NCBI GenBank assembly: GCA_963708075.1 | Contig: OY970194.1 | Span: 5,440,001 to 5,504,000, forward strand | Length of the DNA: 64,000 nt | Origin: Sedimentisphaerales bacterium | GTDB taxonomy: Bacteria > Planctomycetota > Phycisphaerae > Sedimentisphaerales > Anaerobacaceae | Reading direction: 5' to 3' | Shown: positions 19,666 to 29,902 of the stretch, piece after piece | Numbering within the stretch: the stretch's first letter is position 1 | Layout: each line of letters starts with the position of its first letter | Program-made: the position numbers and the translations under genes | The notes under the pieces: generated by a model | Database searches by the model: none | Told to the model about the DNA's origin: nothing | Seen by the model: the letters and a program-made list of their open reading frames with translations, nothing else

Positions 19666-22600
19666 TCACTCCTCGATGATCTGCTTCATGGCGAAGGGCT
19701 CGAAGAGGCCGTAATCGACGGTGTGATAGCTGTTGCCGGCCGGGGGACCGGTCTCGGGGGCTTTCTGGAAGCTGCCGGGCCAGGCACTGCCGAGGCCTGT
19801 GCCGGCGTGATGCGGGCCGAGCGTGTTCTTCAACGTACCGATCACGTGGACCTCGATTGTGTTTGCACCCGGCTTGATGAGCTTCGTCACGTCGCATTGC
19901 CATGGCTGAAACGCGATGTGACCTGCCGATTTGCCGTTGACGAGCACTTCCGCGACGCTGCCGTACCATTTGCCCGGCTCGACGATGTACCGCCCCGCGG
20001 GCTTCTGGATATCGAACTTGCGAGTGTACGAGACGCCGGTGGCGTACATCGGGTATCCCTGACCCTTCCAACTGCCGAGAGCCAGCGTCGGCTTTGAGCC
20101 GCCCACAACGACAAACCCGGATTCAGTGGGCTTGAGCGTGAACGTGCCGAGCAGGTAGGCCGACTCCAGCTCATGGTAGATCGTGAATGGCGACGCCTTA
20201 ATCGTCACGGTGTTTTCGCCGACTTTGGCTGCTTTCGCAACATCGATTCTGCCGAATGATTTGTCGAGCCACCAGGCGTCTTTCTCCGCCGAGATCGCCT
20301 GACCGTTGCAGGTGATCGTGTACAGGTCCGGCCGCTCGATAACGATGGAGAGCCGCTCAGGTACTCGCTGCTCGATGGCGAATCGGTACGTGGCCTCGAA
20401 TCCGCTGCCGGCGTCGAATGTTTTCTTGATCAGCTCATCGCGGAATTGCACGGAGCTGTCCCACGGGTTGCGGGGCATGCCATTTTTCGCAAATGCGAAC
20501 TGTGACGCCCTATAGAAGTACAGGTTCTTCTTCGTCTCGCCCTGGGCCGTGACATCGACGTAATCGAGGGTCAGCACGTTGTCTTCCAGCGGCGCGATCT
20601 CAAGTTCGCTCACCGGCTCGACCGCCTTGACAGTCCGCACGGGCTGTTTTGCGGGAACTGCGGCTTTCCTGGATAGGAACAACAGCAGACTGCCGCAGGG
20701 CGGAAGCTCGAATCGGGCCTTCACGCCGGCATCGGCCTTCTGGAAAGGATACGGGGACGTCTGTGCGGCAGCCAGATCCCACTGCTCGATCCCTTGAGCC
20801 GAGGATGTGATGGACCCAGCCGAAGGAGCGTCGATGCTCGTATTCACAAGCAGAAGGAACTCGCCATCGTCGATTACCCGCCTGTGATGAAACAGATTGC
20901 CCTTATCGCCATTGTCCCGCCCGATGGCAAACCCATCCTTCGTGCGGGCCAGGAGCATGGCCGGTGCCTCGGAGGCCTCGATCCGTTTCCACCCTGAGCC
21001 TTTTGCCGCTGCCTCCCCTCGGTCGGAGACGCCGCCGTCCACATGAGACGGAGCTTCACCGCAACAGAGCACTACGCCGCCCGCCTTTGCGTACGCGGCC
21101 AATAGGTCCATGGTCTGCCTGTTGAGGTTCTCCGTCAGTGGCGGCAGGACTATGGTTTCATATGTGCCTTGCCCAATCTTGAACTGTACGCCATCCACCG
21201 ACGCGTGGCGAGCGATAATGTCCTCGCAGCCGATGTCGTATTCCACCTGTGCCCGCTCCAGGGCGATCAGCATTTGCTGGAAGCGGTTGCCGACCTCGTT
21301 GAGGTGCGCCGCGTCACCCTGGTACATCCACGCGGTCGTTGTCGGCTCCAGGACGAGGATGCGATTGAGCTGCCGGCCCTGGGACATGATCATCGACAGT
21401 CTCGTGAAGTACTCCGCCATCACGTGATACGCCTTCCACCAGGGCTCATGATAGGAGAACGATTGCGGATGATCGCGTTTGCGGGCGCCGCGGATCGTGA
21501 TGTAGGAGAGGTGCTCGTCGAGCGTGTTGACGCCGAGGACGTAAATCCAGTCGCCGATTCGCTTCATGTCCTCGAAGCGCAGGTCCCATCCGCCCGCGCC
21601 GTACGCCTCGCACAGGGTGCGTGGCTGGCCAAGCTGATTGACGACGCTCGACAGCTCCTTGACGACCCGGGCGTTTCCAAACTGGGCGTGCGTGCCCTCA
21701 TCGTACTGGTTCATCAGGATGTCGATCGAGGGCCTCTGGTGCCACGCGTACATGGCCATGTTGTCGGGCGACATGAGGCAGTTGGGCCACTCGTGCTCCC
21801 AGTAGTGGCCTGTGAACTCGATGCCGTGCCTTTGGCAGTATTCATAGTACGGCTTGGCCCAGCGCTCGATGAACAGATCGAGCAGGACCTGCTCGTAGTT
21901 GTGTCGCACGCGTCTCCAGTCGCCGACCGGCCGGACGAGACTTGGCAGGTTGTCCATCAGGTCGTAGCCCCAGCGTTTCTGGAACACCTGCGGCAGATCA
22001 TCCGCCCACGGCAGGCCGCCCGCCGGCAGGATCTCCGGCTCATCGGTGAAAACGCCCGGCACGCGCTTGCCGTACTGCTCGCCGATGTTGCGCGTGTACG
22101 GGTCCATCGTGACCTCCAGGAACTTCTGCGTGACGCCCGGAGTGAGGAGATTGACGTAGAACTTGCCGCCATGCCAGGGCGAGGTGCCCGCCCAGCGCAG
22201 GGACGCGACGAGGTATTTCCCTTGTGGAAGTTGTCCCTCGGCCTTTGCCTGTTTGGTGACGTTTTCATAGCCATCCTGCACCGGCCGATACACGGCCACG
22301 CAGTTCTCGTCGATCTTGATCGGCGACTCCTGCTCCCGGAGCTCGATACCCTTGCCGCGGGACTCCGGCATTGCGTCCGGGACAAACCCGCCGGCGAAGC
22401 CGGATGGATACGAGTTCTCATCGTAGATCCAGATGTTCATGTCGAGCCGCTCGGCTTCGCCCAAGGCCGCTTTCCACAGTCGGAACCAGTCCTCCGACAG
22501 GTACGGCGTCATCAGTCCCGGCCGAGGATGCACGAACGCCTGTTTCACTTTCTGGCCGGCCAGATCGCGGAGCGTGCCGACGATCTGCTCCTCGGTCAGC

Positions 22601-22794
22601 ATGTCGTTCCAGACCCACAGCGGGGCGGAACTGTACTCCCGCGGCGGCGCCGCAAACGAATTCTTCAGCTTGGCGGAGTCCACGGCCTGGCCGGGCGCAG
22701 CCAGACTCGCACAGAAAACCGCCGCCAGTGCGAATAACGCAGTGAGTGAACCACGAGACGTGACAACCGTTGTGAATGGAGCGCGCTCGATCAT
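19666..22794 (-). CDS. Secreted glycoside hydrolase (GH106 alpha-L-rhamnosidase-like/GH2-related)
   Basis: Signal peptide; WIYDENSYPSG, FTDEP, TLCEAYG motifs; C-terminal galactose-binding-like domain. Confidence 0.75.
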   Translation of the reverse strand: MIERAPFTTVVTSRGSLTALFALAAVFCASLAAPGQAVDSAKLKNSFAAPPREYSSAPLWVWNDMLTEEQIVGTLRDLAGQKVKQAFVHPRPGLMTPYLSEDWFRLWKAALGEAERLDMNIWIYDENSYPSGFAGGFVPDAMPESRGKGIELREQESPIKIDENCVAVYRPVQDGYENVTKQAKAEGQLPQGKYLVASLRWAGTSPWHGGKFYVNLLTPGVTQKFLEVTMDPYTRNIGEQYGKRVPGVFTDEPEILPAGGLPWADDLPQVFQKRWGYDLMDNLPSLVRPVGDWRRVRHNYEQVLLDLFIERWAKPYYEYCQRHGIEFTGHYWEHEWPNCLMSPDNMAMYAWHQRPSIDILMNQYDEGTHAQFGNARVVKELSSVVNQLGQPRTLCEAYGAGGWDLRFEDMKRIGDWIYVLGVNTLDEHLSYITIRGARKRDHPQSFSYHEPWWKAYHVMAEYFTRLSMIMSQGRQLNRILVLEPTTTAWMYQGDAAHLNEVGNRFQQMLIALERAQVEYDIGCEDIIARHASVDGVQFKIGQGTYETIVLPPLTENLNRQTMDLLAAYAKAGGVVLCCGEAPSHVDGGVSDRGEAAAKGSGWKRIEASEAPAMLLARTKDGFAIGRDNGDKGNLFHHRRVIDDGEFLLLVNTSIDAPSAGSITSSAQGIEQWDLAAAQTSPYPFQKADAGVKARFELPPCGSLLLFLSRKAAVPAKQPVRTVKAVEPVSELEIAPLEDNVLTLDYVDVTAQGETKKNLYFYRASQFAFAKNGMPRNPWDSSVQFRDELIKKTFDAGSGFEATYRFAIEQRVPERLSIVIERPDLYTITCNGQAISAEKDAWWLDKSFGRIDVAKAAKVGENTVTIKASPFTIYHELESAYLLGTFTLKPTESGFVVVGGSKPTLALGSWKGQGYPMYATGVSYTRKFDIQKPAGRYIVEPGKWYGSVAEVLVNGKSAGHIAFQPWQCDVTKLIKPGANTIEVHVIGTLKNTLGPHHAGTGLGSAWPGSFQKAPETGPPAGNSYHTVDYGLFEPFAMKQIIEE

Positions 22795-22934
22795 AGCCAG
22801 TCACCTCAATTCCATGTGCCAGTCAGCTTGTCGCCGGGACAACGATATGCCCGGCATCAACTCGCCTGTGCATGATAAGCGAGCGGATTCTCCTTGCACA
22901 ACAGGAATCCCGGCGCTCCATTGCGCCGTGGGCT

Positions 22935-23042
22935 GGATGGCACGGGCAAACTCGTTTGCCCGTGGGGTTCCGGAGGATTAAGCCTGGCTAAAGGAGCATC
23001 GTCAAACGAGTTGGCAACCCAACGAGTTTGGCGGTGCCACCC
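22935..23042. repeat. Degenerate palindromic element related to family A
   Basis: CACGGGCAAACTCGTTTGCCCGTG hairpin, ends GTGCCACCC; CCAACGAGTTTGGCGG recurs at 23117-23132 within the sirtuin 3' end. Confidence 0.55.
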
Positions 23043-23097
23043 GTCTCTGGCGTGATGTCCTCTCTCACTTGCTGTGTAAAGTGCCGCTACCCAAGAC

Positions 23098-23955
23098 TCA
23101 AGGAGTTGGGACGCTGCCAACGAGTTTGGCGGCGCCAGTCGCCTCCACCGCGACCTCTTCTCGGGTCTGCTGCGTGACGCGCTGGCGGTAGCATTGCCAG
23201 ATGGCTTCGAGGGCGGGGGCGGCACGCATGGGCAGGCGGAGATCGACGAGGTCGGAGACCTCGCTGGATTGAGGATTGATCTCGATGGTGGGCCTGCCGA
23301 GGGTGGCGGCCATGCGGACCGGCTCGGCGACATAGGGGAACATGCTGCTGGTGCCGATGGTGAAGACCGTGTCGAACCCGCGATCCAGTTCCAGGAACAG
23401 CGGCATGAGCTTCTCCAGGGGGAGGGTTTCGCCGAACAGGACGACGTCCGGCCTCAGGATCGTGCCGCAGTTGGGGCATCGCGGCGGCACACTCAGGCCG
23501 CAGTAATCGGGCACCGTCCGGCGGTACCGGCAGCGCGTGCAGCGCAGATTGTGCAGGTCACCGTGGATGTCGATGACGTTCTTCGCCCCGGCAGCACGAT
23601 GAAAGCCGGTGATGTTCTGTGTCAGCGTCCAGACGCGCTCGAAGTGCCGCTCCATCTCCGCAATCACTTCATGTGCTCGATTGTGCCGGGCGCCGCGACA
23701 GGTGCGCTCGATCAAGGCCAGGTACTTCCACGTCAGTTCCGGGAAGTCCCGCATGATGTCGCCGGCCAGGGCCCGCTCGACGGGCAGGCCGTCTTCCGCC
23801 GTGTCGATGTCAAACAGTCCGCCCGAGCCGCAATAGGTCGGCAGGCCGGAGTCCGCGGAGATGCCGGCGCCGGTGATAAACAGGATGCTGCGGCTGTGTG
23901 CGAGCGTGTCCGCGATCTGGTCGATGATGGTTTGGTTGTCGGTCATAGTTTCCAT
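23098..23955 (-). CDS. cobB: NAD-dependent protein deacylase (sirtuin, CobB-like)
   Basis: GAGISADSG, TQN, IHG, CTRC/CPNC, RPDVVLFGE, IGTS and EINP motifs. Confidence 0.85.
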   Translation of the reverse strand: METMTDNQTIIDQIADTLAHSRSILFITGAGISADSGLPTYCGSGGLFDIDTAEDGLPVERALAGDIMRDFPELTWKYLALIERTCRGARHNRAHEVIAEMERHFERVWTLTQNITGFHRAAGAKNVIDIHGDLHNLRCTRCRYRRTVPDYCGLSVPPRCPNCGTILRPDVVLFGETLPLEKLMPLFLELDRGFDTVFTIGTSSMFPYVAEPVRMAATLGRPTIEINPQSSEVSDLVDLRLPMRAAPALEAIWQCYRQRVTQQTREEVAVEATGAAKLVGSVPTP

Positions 23956-24179
23956 AAGTGTCACGGACCTCCGGAGTACTCTATGAGCCAAATGGCTGCA
24001 AGTCCCGCAAGAAAGTCTGTCACCCGCCCAAATCTCTCGTGGTTGGGCATCACAAAATTGCCAAGACTACATAGCCGGGAAGCAGGAGAGTTTGATCGTA
24101 AGCGATACCCTCAAAAGCCCGCAGGAGATTCCGCAATACCGAGCGCGAGCCGCCTGCCGGGTCGATGAAGGGCTATTCG

Positions 24180-25370
24180 CTACCCTCTATTTGAGACTGT
24201 TCCGGCCGCCAGTGCCGCAGGAGGCGGCGAAATCTCGCGCAGAGGGTACAACCAGAAGCCCGCGAGAGCGGCGGTCCCGCCGTACAGCTCACGCAAAGTC
24301 AGACCGCGCGGGTAGGGCTCCCTGCGGCGCAACTGCGGCCAGAGCCGTCGCCTCGCCTGGTAGGAAAACCAGTTACGGATGTCCGCAATAGCCGCTTTGC
24401 GGTACGCCGTGTCGGTCGCCGCGATGTGGAGCAGATAGCCGACGTACCCCCGGCCCCAATCGTACATCCTGTCCTGCAGGTTGGCATATTCCTCGGGGTG
24501 GTCGTGCCGGACGGCCGCTGCGGGCTCGTACACGACCTTGTGGCCGTGACGCATCACGCGGAAGAAGATGTCGATGTCCTCCGCCGTCGGGAGTGTCTCG
24601 TCGAATCGGCCGACCCGGTCGAGCACGGACTTGCGAAAGGCCATGTTCGCCCCCGAGCCACGCAGGCAGGAATGCAGCGGCAGGCACAGAGCCTCGGCGT
24701 CGCGGCAGTCCGCGCAGAAGACGTGCCTTTCGAGCCCGCGGTTGAATCCGCCGCCGGTTTCGAGCGGCCACTGGGCCGGCGTTCGCAACCGCAGAGGCAG
24801 GATCGGACCCGTGCAGCAGCCGACCTGTGGATCGCGGAACCCGCAGGCGATGCTTGCCAGCCAGCGAGGGTGCGGGACACAGTCATCGTCGATAAATGCG
24901 ACGATCTCACCGCGCGCTGCGTGTGCTCCGGCGTTGCGCGCGTAGCGGATGCCGCGCCTCGGCTCGGGGACGTACCTTGCCCGGCCGAAGCGCGCGACAA
25001 TCTCGCTCGTACCTGGCTCCTGCGGCGCATTGTCCACGACTATGATCTCGAAGTCACCGTATCGCTGCTGCTCCAGCATCATGAGAATCCCCTCCAGGGC
25101 CGAATCGCGCTGAAAGGTGCACACGACTACGCTGGCGAACGACCGGCAATCGAGCTTCGGCGTCTCCATCCGGCTGAGCGCACTTCGATACTTCCACACC
25201 AACTCCTGCAGCCTCTCCCTCTCGATTCGCCCATCGACCGGCTCCAGTCTCTCGACACCAATCGGCCGGTATGCCGCCCACAGGATCACGTAGACTGCCG
25301 TGTCCTCACCGAGGTGCAGATCGTCGGGCATTCGACGAAGAACATCAATGTCGGCAAGCTCCCAGTGCAT
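24180..25370 (-). CDS. Glycosyltransferase family 2
   Basis: SVVVCT, IIVVDN, ARNAG, FIDDDC, GANMAFR and EDID motifs. Confidence 0.88.
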   Translation of the reverse strand: MHWELADIDVLRRMPDDLHLGEDTAVYVILWAAYRPIGVERLEPVDGRIERERLQELVWKYRSALSRMETPKLDCRSFASVVVCTFQRDSALEGILMMLEQQRYGDFEIIVVDNAPQEPGTSEIVARFGRARYVPEPRRGIRYARNAGAHAARGEIVAFIDDDCVPHPRWLASIACGFRDPQVGCCTGPILPLRLRTPAQWPLETGGGFNRGLERHVFCADCRDAEALCLPLHSCLRGSGANMAFRKSVLDRVGRFDETLPTAEDIDIFFRVMRHGHKVVYEPAAAVRHDHPEEYANLQDRMYDWGRGYVGYLLHIAATDTAYRKAAIADIRNWFSYQARRRLWPQLRRREPYPRGLTLRELYGGTAALAGFWLYPLREISPPPAALAAGTVSNRG

Positions 25371-25624
25371 AATTTCACCAACTCTCTATACCCATTTTCT
25401 TGCTTGTCCAGCGGCGTGCACAATCGGCAAAGGGATTCATTCGCCGGCGGATATGTCGGCATGCTGCCTGCGGATATCTCGCGAGGCAGTAAGCCCCCGG
25501 CGGAAAGCTCGAATCCGGGGGGATGAGGGATGTATATTGAAAACCACGAAAAATCGGGCGAAGGATTTTCGCGCGTTCGGCTGTATAAGTAAGGAAAGCC
25601 GTAGTGTTGTTTTCGAGCGTGTCC

Positions 25625-26227
25625 ATGGACCAAGCAGAAGAGAAGGCCCTTATCCGGGGGCTGGTCAGGATGGATGAAGGGGCATGGGAGGTATTCTGCA
25701 GCGAGTACTCCTTGTCCTTGCTGGCATACGTTCAGTTGCAGTTCGCCTGCAGTCGTGAGCTGGCGGAGGAAATTGTGCAGATGTCATTCGTCCGATGCGT
25801 GAAATCGATCAAGAGCTTCGATCCGTCTCATGGGCGCCTGTTCACCTGGCTCAAGGCCGTCGCCAGAAACGAAGCACACACAGCGCTGTCTGCGTATCCG
25901 GCACGGTCGGCAGCCGAGTCCGAGATTACATGCGAGGCTATCGAAGGGCTGGATGATGCGGTCCTGCCCGACGAGGTCCTTGCCCGCAAGGAGGCACAAT
26001 TACTGGTCCACGAGGCCTTGATGGAGCTGCCCAGTCGGCACAGGAAGGTGCTGACCCTGAAATATCTGGACAACTGCCGGGTCACCGAGATCGCCAGGGT
26101 GCTCGGGCAGTCGGAAAAGGCGGTCGAGTCGCTGCTGTCCCGGTCCAGAAATGCCTTCAAAGCCATGTTTCTGAAAAAGGCCAACGGCAACAAGGTAACT
26201 GAGAGTGAGCGCACCGATGGAATCTGA
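25625..26227 (+). CDS. ECF RNA polymerase sigma factor
   Basis: Region 2 (AEEIVQ..LFTWLKAVARN) and region 4 HTH (EIARVLGQSEKAVESLLSRSR). Confidence 0.9.
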   Translation: MDQAEEKALIRGLVRMDEGAWEVFCSEYSLSLLAYVQLQFACSRELAEEIVQMSFVRCVKSIKSFDPSHGRLFTWLKAVARNEAHTALSAYPARSAAESEITCEAIEGLDDAVLPDEVLARKEAQLLVHEALMELPSRHRKVLTLKYLDNCRVTEIARVLGQSEKAVESLLSRSRNAFKAMFLKKANGNKVTESERTDGI

Positions 26228-27479
26228 ATCTCACCGCGACATTTTTGACGAGAATCTCAAGAGGCTGCTGGAAGCCTCCCGGCAGGAGGATTCCGGCTTC
26301 CAGGCGCATCTTCTGGACGTCGTGCGCAAGGAGGTCCGCAAGGAGCGTTCCGCCATTCGCAAGAGGTGGATTTTCAGAAGTCTGATCACTGTCACCAGCG
26401 CAGCGGCGGTCATCGCGATTGCCTGGTCGGCTGTGGGTCTTCAGCCGCAGAACGTAGGCCAGTTCCAGTCCATTTATGGAATGGCCGAGCTGGTCAATAG
26501 GGGGAAATCGAAAGCGATCTCCAGCGGCGAGCCGATTCGCGCCGGCAGCCTGGTCAGTACCCTGTCGGGCAGCAAGGCCGCGATCCTGCTCAGCGACGGA
26601 AGCAGACTCACCTTGGCGCCTCGCACAACTGTGAAGATGGGCGATGGAAGGCAAGGCCCGCTCGTAGAGCTGAAGATAGGAGCCGTAGGCGTCGAGGCGG
26701 CCAAGCAGCGGGCTGGCAGAAAGCTGATGATCAAGACCCCTGGCTCGCGGATCACTACGCTGGGTACTGTCTTTACCGTGCAACTGAGCACAAAAGCCGA
26801 TGGGACGCGGAAAACGAGAGTGGGCGTCGCGTCCGGCCTGGTCGAGTTCGAGTCCGGCGGCCAGAAAGTGCAGTTGCCGGCCCGCACGGAAGGGATCGCC
26901 GAGGAAGGACAGTCTCCTGAGAAGCGTCTGGTAAGGTTTGAGCTCAACGAGATGCTCCGACTGATCCGCGGGACCAGCGAGCTGGCCTCAGAGCTGAACA
27001 AGAAGGCGGGATCGCCCGCCATTATCCAGTGCAGGGACGGCAGCACCGCGGCAATCTGGACGGTCATCCGCCTCAATGCCTTCCGCGAAACGGCGGGAGG
27101 AGCGCGCACATTGCAGTTGAAGTCGCCTGCTACCGGGGCAAAGCTGTTCACCTTGGACGGCCGGGAGATACTCACTGAGGCTGAAGGACGCAACCTGCTG
27201 GTCAAGGCATCCGCGCTGGGCTCCGGCGCATCGCAGGAAACGCAACTGATTCTGGAGTTGCGGGATGTGAAGGGGGTGTTTCAAACCGACGAGGGCGGCA
27301 CAACCCGGCTCAGCCTGCCGGCCGGCCCATCCGACGCTGTGACGCTGCTTCAGTTCCACCTGCCTACCGAGGCGAAGATCGAGCATATCTGGCCCGAGCC
27401 GGTGGAGAGAACGAGAGTGTTGAATCGGCTGGCGATTACGGTGGCCGCCGAGATCAAAGGGCTTGAGGTTTCCGAGTAG
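26217..27479 (+). CDS. FecR-domain anti-sigma factor
   Basis: Overlaps the sigma gene end; single TM; LSDGSRLTL and TTLGTVF FecR signatures. Confidence 0.8.
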   Translation: MESESHRDIFDENLKRLLEASRQEDSGFQAHLLDVVRKEVRKERSAIRKRWIFRSLITVTSAAAVIAIAWSAVGLQPQNVGQFQSIYGMAELVNRGKSKAISSGEPIRAGSLVSTLSGSKAAILLSDGSRLTLAPRTTVKMGDGRQGPLVELKIGAVGVEAAKQRAGRKLMIKTPGSRITTLGTVFTVQLSTKADGTRKTRVGVASGLVEFESGGQKVQLPARTEGIAEEGQSPEKRLVRFELNEMLRLIRGTSELASELNKKAGSPAIIQCRDGSTAAIWTVIRLNAFRETAGGARTLQLKSPATGAKLFTLDGREILTEAEGRNLLVKASALGSGASQETQLILELRDVKGVFQTDEGGTTRLSLPAGPSDAVTLLQFHLPTEAKIEHIWPEPVERTRVLNRLAITVAAEIKGLEVSE

Positions 27480-27487
27480 AACTTCTT

Positions 27488-29425
27488 ATGAGGAAAGGCG
27501 AGGTGAGCATTATGTGGCGCAGAGAGTCTGTGAGCATTTTGACGTGTATTTTGATGGCTTGTCCGGCGGTCGTCCACGCGGGGGGCGCTGGTGGTGGAAA
27601 TGGAGTGGACCTGCAGTTCTCCCTGAACGCGGATCCGGTTACCGTCACGGTCTCGGGGAAGGTGACCAGTAAAAGGACCGGCCAGCCCATCCCCGATGCG
27701 CTCGTGCGGGGGCACGTTCTCCTCTGGAAGCACCAAGGTCCGGAGCTGTACGAGAAGGCTCACTACCTGGAGACAAGGACGGATGCGCAAGGGCTGTACA
27801 CGCTGGAGTTCGTCACGGCGTTGACTACGTCCGGTGGGATGAAGGGAAAGGACAGTCTGTGTGTAGATGTCGCAGCGCCCGGGTATGAGACCCTGCCGGA
27901 ATACGCAAAGCCCTACGTGACTCCTGAGAACGCCAGGTACGACAACTTCGATTTTGCCCTGGACGAGGGCCAGCGGATCTCCGGTGTCGTGGTGGACCAG
28001 GACGGCCATCTCGTCGAGGGCGCTGTCGTTAAGCTCCAGGGCGGCGAGAATGGAGACTGGGATTTCTTCGGTGCGACAGGGCAGACGAGGACCGACGCCA
28101 CGGGCAAGTTCGAGCTGTGGATCAGCAAGGCCCGCGGCCGCTGGCTGAACGTCACCAAACAGGGCTACGGCACCTCCTTCTTCTGGGATTACCTGGAGAA
28201 GGGCGACATGGGAACCTTGACCCTCATGCGTGGCGGCAGCATCAAGGGCAGGGTCCTTGGTCGGGATGGCAAAGGGCTGGCCAACTGCGAGGTGTCCGTG
28301 CGGGGATACCCCTGCGGGCTGATCGACACGGTCCTCACGGACAGCGAAGGCAATTACGTCCTTCAGGGCGTGCCGGGCGATCCAAGCCTTGTCGAGTTCT
28401 ATAAGATGAAGAATGGGCCGAGGGACGCGGAGGAGTACGCCCAATGCGAGGTCCACGTGCGTCTCGATCCGGATGCACCGCTGACGAGCTTTCCGACGTA
28501 CAAGATCCTGGCGAAGGATGGCGAGACTATCATAGGCCCGGGTCTGACCGGCGGCGCCAATACGACGGTCTCCGGCGGCCTGATCGCTTCGAATCATACC
28601 TATGGCCTTGGCGGATTGCTTGTTCGGCTGGACGGTGACTGGGGCAACATGGTCGAGGCCGACGCCGATGGTAACTTTCAATTCCCGTTCGTCTCGCCGG
28701 GCCAGCATCGCCTGACCGCCTACCTCCCGCATAACCTGCGGTATGACCGCGGGATCGGACATGTAGACGTCGAGGTCGAGCCGGGCAAAGCACTTGCCGG
28801 CGTGCAAATCCAGTTGGCCGATCTTGCCGAGGTGCGGGTGCAATATCTCGATGCCGACGGCAATCCGCTGGAGGGCATCGCGGCAGGCGCCACGTGGTCG
28901 CAAGACGGCTCCGGCCTCTGGACTGAAGGGACAACTTCGGGCAAAGACGGTTGGGCCGTCCTCTACCTGTACCCTGATGAGACCCAATATGTCCGCGGCT
29001 TTGATTTCGGTACGGGGACGCTCGTCGCCGAGGCATCGGAGAAGGTTGATCCGAAAGCGGGACAGATTCTCGACAGCCTGCGGATCACCATGCTCCCCTG
29101 TGCCAATGTTCACGGCAAGCTCGTGGAGGGTCACGGCATGCCTCTGGCTGAGAAGATCGCCCTGTGCACGCTGACCTTCGCGGACGGTACGCAACGGAGG
29201 GACAGTGTCAGAACCGACACGGAGGGCCGCTTCAATCTACGCAGGCTCACGCCGGGGTTCGCGACACTGTCTGTGGAGATGGATTCCATCTTCTTCCAGG
29301 ATGTGATCGCTGAGCCGTTCGAGCTCAAACCCGGTCAAACGCGGGATTTGGGCGTCATCACGCTCAAGGGCGGCCGGCCAGGAGCAGGATCGGGCGGAAG
29401 CGGAAGTGGCATCAGATCTCCGTGA
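27488..29425 (+). CDS. Secreted protein with repeated carboxypeptidase-regulatory-like (beta-sandwich) domains
   Basis: Repeated G.V.D..G.P...A.V and TDA.G.F/Y motifs; signal peptide. Confidence 0.75.
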   Translation: MRKGEVSIMWRRESVSILTCILMACPAVVHAGGAGGGNGVDLQFSLNADPVTVTVSGKVTSKRTGQPIPDALVRGHVLLWKHQGPELYEKAHYLETRTDAQGLYTLEFVTALTTSGGMKGKDSLCVDVAAPGYETLPEYAKPYVTPENARYDNFDFALDEGQRISGVVVDQDGHLVEGAVVKLQGGENGDWDFFGATGQTRTDATGKFELWISKARGRWLNVTKQGYGTSFFWDYLEKGDMGTLTLMRGGSIKGRVLGRDGKGLANCEVSVRGYPCGLIDTVLTDSEGNYVLQGVPGDPSLVEFYKMKNGPRDAEEYAQCEVHVRLDPDAPLTSFPTYKILAKDGETIIGPGLTGGANTTVSGGLIASNHTYGLGGLLVRLDGDWGNMVEADADGNFQFPFVSPGQHRLTAYLPHNLRYDRGIGHVDVEVEPGKALAGVQIQLADLAEVRVQYLDADGNPLEGIAAGATWSQDGSGLWTEGTTSGKDGWAVLYLYPDETQYVRGFDFGTGTLVAEASEKVDPKAGQILDSLRITMLPCANVHGKLVEGHGMPLAEKIALCTLTFADGTQRRDSVRTDTEGRFNLRRLTPGFATLSVEMDSIFFQDVIAEPFELKPGQTRDLGVITLKGGRPGAGSGGSGSGIRSP

Positions 29426-29876
29426 TCATGAGGATGCCGTCGAGGCCGCGGCCGTAGTAGTTAGGCAGCTTGCGGACTTCGCGGAACCCGCGGCTCTTGA
29501 AGAAGGCGATGCCGGCGTCGTTGGGAGTGGCGACCTCAAGAGCGAGCGTGCTGCAGCCGTGCTGCCGGGCCACCTGGACCAGGGCATCGAGAAGCTGATG
29601 ACCGATTCCCTGACTGCGGTGCTCCGGCAGCACGGCGATGCTGTCGATGTGCAGGACCGCCCCGGCTCGCGGGCGGCGCACCACGGCGGCCGTGTAACCC
29701 ACGACGTGCTCGTTGGGAGTCGCCACAAAGAGGATACAGTTGGGGCCGTACAGATAGTAGAGGAACTCCTCTACGCCGAACTTGTACTGGCCATAGTAAT
29801 AGATACTGAAGCACTCGTCCTCAATCACGAGCAGGTCGTCGATATCGGCCTCATCGCCCCGGCGAATCTGCGTCAT
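29412..29876 (-). CDS. GNAT N-acetyltransferase (RimI-like)
   Basis: IAVLPEHRSQGIG, LEV..N..AIAFF..RGF, NYYG motifs. Confidence 0.85.
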   Translation of the reverse strand: MTQIRRGDEADIDDLLVIEDECFSIYYYGQYKFGVEEFLYYLYGPNCILFVATPNEHVVGYTAAVVRRPRAGAVLHIDSIAVLPEHRSQGIGHQLLDALVQVARQHGCSTLALEVATPNDAGIAFFKSRGFREVRKLPNYYGRGLDGILMITEI

Positions 29877-29902
29877 TGTCTCATCTCAATAGGGCGAGGC
29901 TC

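Noticed and set aside
21169..22737. Long antisense ORFs (also 27350-29194, 32500-33936, 57865-59421, 60681-62171)
   Set aside because: Expected shadow or alternate-frame ORFs in high-GC coding DNA that overlap well-supported genes.
18459..23955. Nuclease plus sirtuin as a joint defence system
   Set aside because: Separated by a 3 kb hydrolase gene and on opposite strands; the sirtuin is CobB-type with a Zn domain, not a defence SIR2.
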